Shown: piece after piece, positions 7,107 through 12,544 of the stretch
Layout of the letters: each line of letters opens with the position of its first letter
Position numbering within the stretch: position 1 is the stretch's first letter
Assembly: GCA_042216675.1 (NCBI GenBank)
Contig: JBDGTS010000040.1
Span: 1 to 12,544, forward strand
From: Halobacteriaceae archaeon
GTDB lineage: Archaea; Halobacteriota; Halobacteria; Halobacteriales; Halobacteriaceae
Length of the DNA stretch: 12,544 bases
Direction: 5' to 3'
Program-made: the position numbers and the translations under genes
The notes under the pieces: model-generated
The model's database searches: none
What the model was told of the DNA's origin: nothing
Seen by the model: the letters and a program-made list of their open reading frames with translations, nothing else

Positions 7107-8704
7107 GTCCGATTCCCGCTCTCGGCGAAGTCCGCCTCCCCGCGCACGGCGATGCTCGCCGCCGCGGCGTCGTTCAGCGCGAAGATGCGCTCTTCTTCCG
7201 TGTCCGAGACGTCGAGGAACGCCGTCGCGTCGCCGTCGAGACGGCTGTCGCGGACGGTGATTCCTTTCGTGTCGCACAGTTCGAGGAACGCGCCGCCGTG
7301 GGCCGGCGCGCCGACGACGCCGTCGATGGTCACGTCCGTGACGTCCTCGCAGGCGACGGCGCTCGTGCAGAACTCGGGGACGTCGTCGTCCCATTCGACG
7401 TTCAGGTCGGCGACGGTGAGGTCCGAGACGCCGCGTGCGAACACTGCGGGCACGTCGTGTTCGAGGATGGGTGGCATCGCGGACGTGGGCTGAAGGTCGA
7501 GGTTGCCGCCCACCTCCTCTGCCGCGTCGGGGTCGCGCATCGTGAGGTCCACGCCGTCGAGGACGACGCCCTCGACGTCGGCGTCGTCGTGAGCGTAGAT
7601 GACCGCGCCGTTCTCGGCGTCCGCGACGACGTTGCGGAAGCGGACGTTCCGCACGGCCCCGAGGTCGGTGTCCTCGTGGCGCGGGACGGAGGTGACGTAA
7701 ATCGGCTCGGCCTTCCCCCACCACGGGCCGCGGGGGAGGGTCGTTTCGATGGTGATGTCCTGAAACAGGATGTTCTCCAAGTCGCCGCCGTCGCGGTGCT
7801 GGATGCCGAGGCCGCGGTTCGACCCGTAGATGGTGATGTTGCTGAAGGTGCAGTTCCGGATGTCGCCGGCCGTTCCGGACCCGAACTTGATGGCACAGGC
7901 GTGGGAGGCCAGCGTGCAGTTCGTCACCGTCAGGTTCTCGACGGGGCTCCCCTCGTGGGACCCCGGCACGATGGTGTCGTCGCACGCGACGACGGTGCAG
8001 TCCGCGATGTGGACGTTGCGCGAACTCACGACGGCGATGCCGTCGCAGTTCGGAATCAGCATGTTGTTCAGGACGTCGACGCCCAACACGTCCACCTCGT
8101 CGCAGTCGTCGAAGTGGAGCGTCCACGACGGCATGTCCTCGAAGGTCAAATCGCGGACGAGGACGTTCTCGCAGTCCTCGAAGTGGAACATCGACCCCGG
8201 CCGGAACTCGGGTTTCGCGACGGGCCAGTCGCTCGTGTCGCCCGACCGGTCGAGGTAGTCGTCTCCCTGTCTGGCCTCGGGTTTCCCCTCGCTGACGAGG
8301 GGCCACGCCGACTCCTGCCCGGAGTGCCCCTCGATGGGGTCGTCCATCCGCATCAGGTCGGTACCGTGGCCGAAGAAGGTTCCACGACCCGTCAGCGCGA
8401 CGTTCTCGACGCCTTGAGCGACGAGGAACGGGAGTTCGCCGTCCGGCCCGGGTTCCGTGCTCCCGGCGGCGTAGTAGTCGTCTTCGTCCTGACTCGCCCG
8501 GACGGTAGCGCCCGCGGCGAGGTGGAGTGTGGTGTCGTCGCCCAGCACGATTGTTCCGACGACGTAGTCGCCGGCGGGGACGACGACGGTGCCGCCGCCC
8601 GCCGCCGCGCAGGCGTCGAGTGCGTCCTGAAAGGCGTCCGTCGCCGTCTCTCCGTCTCCCTCGGCGCCGTAGTCGGTCACCGACAGCCGCGAGTGGTCAG
8701 TCAT
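7103..8704 (-). CDS. Glycoside hydrolase family 28 (polygalacturonase/rhamnogalacturonan hydrolase-like beta-helix), no signal peptide (533 aa)
   Basis: SVTDYGAEGDG..T.AFQ.ALDAC...GGGTVVVPAGDY, ENVALTGRGT, PSWTLH, IPNCDGI, CDD, AIKFGS and many beta-helix N-V/I-x-F repeats. The ATG at 8704 has TTTT at -26 to -29. Its stop overlaps the helicase stop (4-bp convergent overlap 7103-7106). Confidence 0.85.
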   Translation of the reverse strand: MTDHSRLSVTDYGAEGDGETATDAFQDALDACAAAGGGTVVVPAGDYVVGTIVLGDDTTLHLAAGATVRASQDEDDYYAAGSTEPGPDGELPFLVAQGVENVALTGRGTFFGHGTDLMRMDDPIEGHSGQESAWPLVSEGKPEARQGDDYLDRSGDTSDWPVAKPEFRPGSMFHFEDCENVLVRDLTFEDMPSWTLHFDDCDEVDVLGVDVLNNMLIPNCDGIAVVSSRNVHIADCTVVACDDTIVPGSHEGSPVENLTVTNCTLASHACAIKFGSGTAGDIRNCTFSNITIYGSNRGLGIQHRDGGDLENILFQDITIETTLPRGPWWGKAEPIYVTSVPRHEDTDLGAVRNVRFRNVVADAENGAVIYAHDDADVEGVVLDGVDLTMRDPDAAEEVGGNLDLQPTSAMPPILEHDVPAVFARGVSDLTVADLNVEWDDDVPEFCTSAVACEDVTDVTIDGVVGAPAHGGAFLELCDTKGITVRDSRLDGDATAFLDVSDTEEERIFALNDAAAASIAVRGEADFAESGNRT

Positions 8705-8729
8705 GCGTCGAACGTGGGCGAAGCGGACC

Positions 8730-8743
8730 AAAACGGTTGGGTT
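8730..8743 (-). promoter_or_regulatory. Putative BRE/TATA element AACCCAACCGTTTT for the GH28 gene
   Basis: Reverse complement of aaaacggttgggtt. The T-run is 26-29 nt upstream of ATG 8704 and the element is near-identical to 3981-3994. Confidence 0.55.
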
Positions 8744-9041
8744 AGGCCGTCGGGACGAACACGACGAGTACAGTCGCGTGGCCCAGCGCCTCCGGCGAGA
8801 TGTCCTGTTCGCCGTCGAACTTCGCCACGTCGCCCGCTTCGAGGGCGTACAGGTCCTCCCCGAGTGTGAGTTCGAGGCGGCCGTCGACGACGTGGAGAAC
8901 GATGGTCGAGTCGGGGTGCTGGTGACGGGGCACCCGCTCCCCGGCGTCGAGTTCGAGACGGACGACGCGGGGGTCCATGTCGTCGAACACCTCGGCGTGT
9001 GGCGTCTCGTCGAGGTCCGACAGACTCGTGACAGTGGCCAT
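8742..9041 (-). CDS. Small cupin-domain protein (99 aa)
   Basis: RVVRLELDAGERVPRHQHP...LHVVDGRLELTLGED.Y.LEAGD...FDG matches the cupin beta-barrel with an HxH motif. The start MATVTS at 9041 is preferred over 9098, which would overlap the upstream gene's stop and the promoter. Confidence 0.8.
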   Translation of the reverse strand: MATVTSLSDLDETPHAEVFDDMDPRVVRLELDAGERVPRHQHPDSTIVLHVVDGRLELTLGEDLYALEAGDVAKFDGEQDISPEALGHATVLVVFVPTA

Positions 9042-9079
9042 GTTTGCGGAGTGACCGCGGGACGTCCCGACTCTTGTCC

Positions 9080-9091
9080 CGAACATCTCCG
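9080..9091. promoter_or_regulatory. NarO-type inverted repeat (CGAA-CATC-TCCG) upstream of cupin
   Basis: One mismatch to CGAA-N4-TTCG, the motif known from Haloferax denitrification promoters. It lies at -39 to -50 from the cupin ATG. Confidence 0.55.
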
Positions 9092-10261
9092 CTACCACGC
9101 CGAATCGAGGACTGCGCGGGCGTCGGCCGGGTCGAGGCGATAGCCCGCCGGCGCGTTCGCCAGCAAGCGGTCGCTCGCGACGGCGGCGGCCACGTCGTCG
9201 AGCATCGACTCGTCGAGGCCGTCGAGGGCGCGCAGTCGACCCGGAAGTTCGAGGGCGTCCCGCACGTCCGCGACGGCGGCCACGACGCCGTCAGCAGGGT
9301 CCTCGCCATCAGGGACGCCGAGAGCGTCCGCAAGTTCGTCCCGACGCGCGTCCACGTGCCCGAACAGGTGCGCCAGCGCCTCGGGCGCGACGGCGGCGTG
9401 CGCACGGCCCTGATGGACCCCCGCGACGCCGCGCAGGCCGTGGCCGAACGCGTGAATCACCGAGAGCGTCGACGCGTCGGGCCGCGCGACGCCGTACTGC
9501 ACGAGGACGGTGCCCTCGATGACCGATTCGAGGTCCCACTCCGTCGGGTCCGGGCGCGCGAGCGTCGGCAGGGAGTCGCGGAGGCGTTCGAGACCCCGAG
9601 TCGCCGTCGCGTCCGTCACGGGCGTCGCCGCGGCGGCGTAGATGGTCTCGACGCCCTTGTCGAAGCCGTTCATCGCCGACGCGCGGAGGACGCCGCTCGG
9701 CGTCGTCGCGAACAGTTCGGGGTCGTAACAGGCGGCCGTCGGCATCAGGCGCGGGTCGGAGACGCTCCCCGCGGCGCCGTCGACGGTGAACCCCGCCGCC
9801 GTCGAGAGGTCGGCGCCCGCGAGCGTCGTCGGCACGGCGAACACGGGCGGGAGCGACCCGTCGGGGACGGTGAGCGACCCCGTGCGCTCGGCTTCGGCGC
9901 GGAGAGCGGCGTATGACCGGTCGCTCGCCGCGACGACGCTCGCGACGCCGGCCACGTCGAGGCTACTGCCGCCGCCGAGGGCGACGAGGGCGTCCGCGTC
10001 CGCCTCGCGCATCGCCCGGGCCGCGTCGCGCGACGTGTCGAGCGTCTTCGCGGGCGTCGTCGCCGCGAACACGTCTGCGAGGTGGTCGCCGAGGCCGCCG
10101 CGAACCGGGTCCATCACCGCTGGCTGTTCCCCGACGGTGCGACCCGTGACGACCAGCGCTCGCTCCGCGCCGTGTCGCGCCAGTTCCGCGCCGAGGTCCG
10201 CGACGACGCCCTCGCCGGCGCGAATCACGCCGGGGTCGTACTCGAATCTGAACGGCTCCAT
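9092..10261 (-). CDS. Iron-containing alcohol dehydrogenase superfamily protein, maleylacetate reductase-like (389 aa)
   Basis: ERALVVTG, VALGGGSSLD (NAD binding), VPTTLAGAD, P..ACYDPEL..TP and IHAFGH. The start MEPFRFEYDPG at 10261 fits the family N-terminus. Confidence 0.82.
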   Translation of the reverse strand: MEPFRFEYDPGVIRAGEGVVADLGAELARHGAERALVVTGRTVGEQPAVMDPVRGGLGDHLADVFAATTPAKTLDTSRDAARAMREADADALVALGGGSSLDVAGVASVVAASDRSYAALRAEAERTGSLTVPDGSLPPVFAVPTTLAGADLSTAAGFTVDGAAGSVSDPRLMPTAACYDPELFATTPSGVLRASAMNGFDKGVETIYAAAATPVTDATATRGLERLRDSLPTLARPDPTEWDLESVIEGTVLVQYGVARPDASTLSVIHAFGHGLRGVAGVHQGRAHAAVAPEALAHLFGHVDARRDELADALGVPDGEDPADGVVAAVADVRDALELPGRLRALDGLDESMLDDVAAAVASDRLLANAPAGYRLDPADARAVLDSAW

Positions 10262-10352
10262 GGCCCCCCTTCGTCCGCCCCCGACGTGAAGACGGCGGCC
10301 CGGAGTGCCCCGAGGCCAAACCACATACCGCGGGCGGTCGTACCGGGGTCTG

Positions 10353-10997
10353 ATGAGCCATCACCACGCGGACCAGCAGACGCTCCACGCCGGGGCCGAC
10401 CCCGAGGACGCGGCGGCGGGCGCCGTCCTCGTCCACGGGCGCGGCGCCAGCGCTCGGAGCATCCTCGGTCTCACGAACGAATTCGACGCCGAGGGCGTGG
10501 CGTATCTCGCCCCGCAGGCCGCCAATCGGACGTGGTATCCGAACTCGTTCACGTCGTCCATCGAGTCGAACGAACCGCAACTGTCGTCGGCGCTCCGCCG
10601 GGTCGGCGAGACGATCGACACGCTCACCGAGGCCGGAATTCCCCGCGAACGCATCCTCCTCGTCGGCTTCTCGCAGGGCGCCTGCCTCGCCAGCGAGTAC
10701 GTCGCCCGGAACGCGGAGCGCTACGGCGGCCTCGCGGCCCTCAGCGGCGGTCTCATCGGCCCCGAGGGGACGCCCCGGAACTACGACGGCGACCTCGACG
10801 ACACGCCCGCGTTCGTCGGCTGTAGCGACAGCGACCCCCACATTCCCCTCGAACGGGTCCACGAGACGACGGAGGTCCTCGAAGAACTCGGCGCAGACGT
10901 GACCGAACGCATCTACCCGGACATGCCCCACACCGTCAACGAGGACGAACAGGAGTTCGTCGCCGAGATGGTGGCCGGCGTCGCGGACGTGCCGTAG
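10353..10997 (+). CDS. Alpha/beta hydrolase, phospholipase/carboxylesterase (MhqD/dienelactone hydrolase-like) family (214 aa)
   Basis: VLVHGRGA, YLAPQA..TWYP, nucleophile elbow GFSQG, SDSDPHIP (Asp) and MPHTVN (His) give a complete catalytic triad. ATG at 10353. Confidence 0.85.
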   Translation: MSHHHADQQTLHAGADPEDAAAGAVLVHGRGASARSILGLTNEFDAEGVAYLAPQAANRTWYPNSFTSSIESNEPQLSSALRRVGETIDTLTEAGIPRERILLVGFSQGACLASEYVARNAERYGGLAALSGGLIGPEGTPRNYDGDLDDTPAFVGCSDSDPHIPLERVHETTEVLEELGADVTERIYPDMPHTVNEDEQEFVAEMVAGVADVP

Positions 10998-11009
10998 GGA
11001 ACACGTTCG
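10998..11009. promoter_or_regulatory. NarO-type inverted repeat (GGAA-CACG-TTCG) upstream of nitric oxide reductase
   Basis: One mismatch to CGAA-N4-TTCG with core GAAC-AC-GTTC. It lies in the 75-nt intergenic region before a denitrification gene. Confidence 0.62.
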
Positions 11010-11072
11010 GCGACGGCCACACCCACATTTGGCCGGTAATTTCAACCGAACCATGGGTGAAACCATCGCCCG

Positions 11073-12544
11073 ATGAAGGTCACTCGCAAGGGCCTCGCGA
11101 CGGCGCTGGCGATCGTCTTCGTCGTGAACCTCGTCGTCATGAGCGCGGGCGCGCTCTACTCTTACCAGAACGCGCCCCCGATACCCGACGAAATCGTCGG
11201 CCCCGACGGCGAGACGGTGGCGACGGACGGCGACGTGCGCGCCGGCAAGGCCGTCTTCCAGTCGAACGGGCTGATGAACCACGGCTCGATTCTCGGCAAC
11301 GGCGCGTACTTCGGCGTCGACTACACCGCTGACGCCCTCGCGCTGAAGGCGGCGTTCATGCAGGAGTACTACGCACAGGCCGAGTACGGCCAGCCGTTCA
11401 CCGCGCTCTCGCCGGGACAGCGCGCCGCCGTCAATCAGTCTGTAACGGCCGACCTCGACGCGGCGTACGACGGCGGGCCAATCGAGTATTCGGCCGCGGA
11501 ACTGTACGCTCACCGGCAGGTCAGAGAGACGTACGTCGCGCGCTACCACGAGGGCGCCCCCGAACGCGGGGTTCCCGAGGGGATGATAGAGAGCGCCGCC
11601 GACGCCCGCCGCTTCGCTGACTTCGCGCTCTGGACGGCGTGGATGGCCCACACCGAGCGCCCGGGCACCGACCACAGTTACACGAACGACTGGCCGTACA
11701 ACCCCCTCGCCGGCAACACGCCCACCGGCGGGACGATGGTGTGGAGCGCCATCGCCATGATTCTGCTCATCGCCGCCGCGGGCGGTGCGGTGTGGGTGTA
11801 CCAGTCCGCCGAACTCGAGGAGCCGGAAATCGCCGGCACGACGATACCCGACCCCGGCGACGTGTCCCTGCTTCCGAGTCAGCGGGCCGCCTCCCGGTTC
11901 ATCCCCGTCGGAGCCTTCCTCTTCGTCGGACAGGTGCTCTTGGGGGCCCTGCTGGCGCACTACTACGTCGAACGCCACGCTTTCTTCGGCCTCGGCGAAC
12001 TCCTCGGCGTCGACGTCCTCCAGTGGCTCCCCTTCGCCGTGGCGAAGACGTACCATCTCGACTTGGGCATCCTCTGGATCGCGACGCTGTGGCTCGGGGC
12101 GGGCCTGTTCCTCCCGGGCCTGTTGACGGGTCACGAACCGCCGGGACAGGCCCGCCTCGTCACGGTGCTGTTAGGCGCTCTCGTCGTCGTGTTGGTGGGT
12201 GGCTTCGTCGGCGTCTGGCTCGGGTTCAAGGGAGTCATCGGCGTCGAGAACCCGCTTTGGTGGATCGTCGGCAACGAGGGCTTGGAGTACGTCGAAGTGG
12301 GCCGTCTCTGGCAGTTCGGATTGCTGGCCGGCTTCGCGTTCTGGGCGTGGCTCGCCTATCGGGGCTTCCGACCGCTTCTGGACCGCGAGTCGCGCTTCGG
12401 CCTCGCGCACATGATTCTGTACGCCGGGGTCTCTATCGGTCTCCTGTTCGTCGCCGGCATGCTGTACACGCCGCAGACGAACATCGTGATGACGGAGTTC
12501 TGGCGCTGGTGGGTCGTCCACATGTGGGTCGAGGGCGCCTTCGA
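11073..12544 (+). CDS. norZ: Quinol-dependent nitric oxide reductase (qNOR), 3'-truncated by window end
   Basis: Manual translation from ATG 11073 is open to the end: MKVTRKGLATALAIVF...APPIPD...GKAVFQ..GLMNHGSILGNGAYFGVDYTADAL...SYTNDWPYNPLAGN...LLAHYYVE...KTYHLDLGILWIAT...GNEGLEYVEVGRLWQ...EFWRWWVVHMWVEGAF. A GGGTGA Shine-Dalgarno-like site lies at 11055-11060. The gene is absent from the ORF track because there is no stop in the window. Confidence 0.95.
   Translation, partial: MKVTRKGLATALAIVFVVNLVVMSAGALYSYQNAPPIPDEIVGPDGETVATDGDVRAGKAVFQSNGLMNHGSILGNGAYFGVDYTADALALKAAFMQEYYAQAEYGQPFTALSPGQRAAVNQSVTADLDAAYDGGPIEYSAAELYAHRQVRETYVARYHEGAPERGVPEGMIESAADARRFADFALWTAWMAHTERPGTDHSYTNDWPYNPLAGNTPTGGTMVWSAIAMILLIAAAGGAVWVYQSAELEEPEIAGTTIPDPGDVSLLPSQRAASRFIPVGAFLFVGQVLLGALLAHYYVERHAFFGLGELLGVDVLQWLPFAVAKTYHLDLGILWIATLWLGAGLFLPGLLTGHEPPGQARLVTVLLGALVVVLVGGFVGVWLGFKGVIGVENPLWWIVGNEGLEYVEVGRLWQFGLLAGFAFWAWLAYRGFRPLLDRESRFGLAHMILYAGVSIGLLFVAGMLYTPQTNIVMTEFWRWWVVHMWVEGAF

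Noticed and set aside
9963-12134. 723-aa minus-strand ORF
   Set aside because: It lies antisense to the esterase and qNOR genes, is Arg/Gly/Val-rich rather than acidic, and has no domain signature.
11955-12544. qNOR might be a nitric oxide dismutase-like variant
   Set aside because: The quinol-site AHYY histidine, the EY..GR motif and HMWVEG are canonical for qNOR. The remaining diagnostic residues lie beyond the window, so nothing here supports a dismutase.
1-12544. CRISPR arrays, tRNA/rRNA genes, IS elements or integrases
   Set aside because: All intergenic gaps are at most about 105 nt, with no periodic repeats, cloverleaf or terminal inverted repeats, and no ORF resembles a transposase or recombinase.

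Overview
GC-rich haloarchaeal-type DNA (very acidic proteins, mostly leaderless starts with a T/A-rich box about 25-30 nt upstream) holding two juxtaposed modules. 1-8704 looks like a rhamnogalacturonan/pectin and L-rhamnose utilisation locus: the 3' end of a PL11 rhamnogalacturonan lyase with 2 PKD domains and a ricin-type lectin domain, an L-rhamnose mutarotase, an L-rhamnonate dehydratase-like enolase-superfamily enzyme coupled to an F420-type LLM oxidoreductase, a BNR_4 beta-propeller (PL24/PL42-like) and an atypical GH28, interrupted by a Rad25/XPB helicase. 8742-12544 holds a cupin and a quinol-dependent nitric oxide reductase (missing from the ORF track, runs off the window end). Each is preceded by a near-consensus CGAA-N4-TTCG denitrification-type box, and they are separated by a divergent Fe-ADH-like/carboxylesterase pair. 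No RNA genes, IS elements or CRISPR arrays were seen. All family calls come from motif recognition by eye, not database searches.
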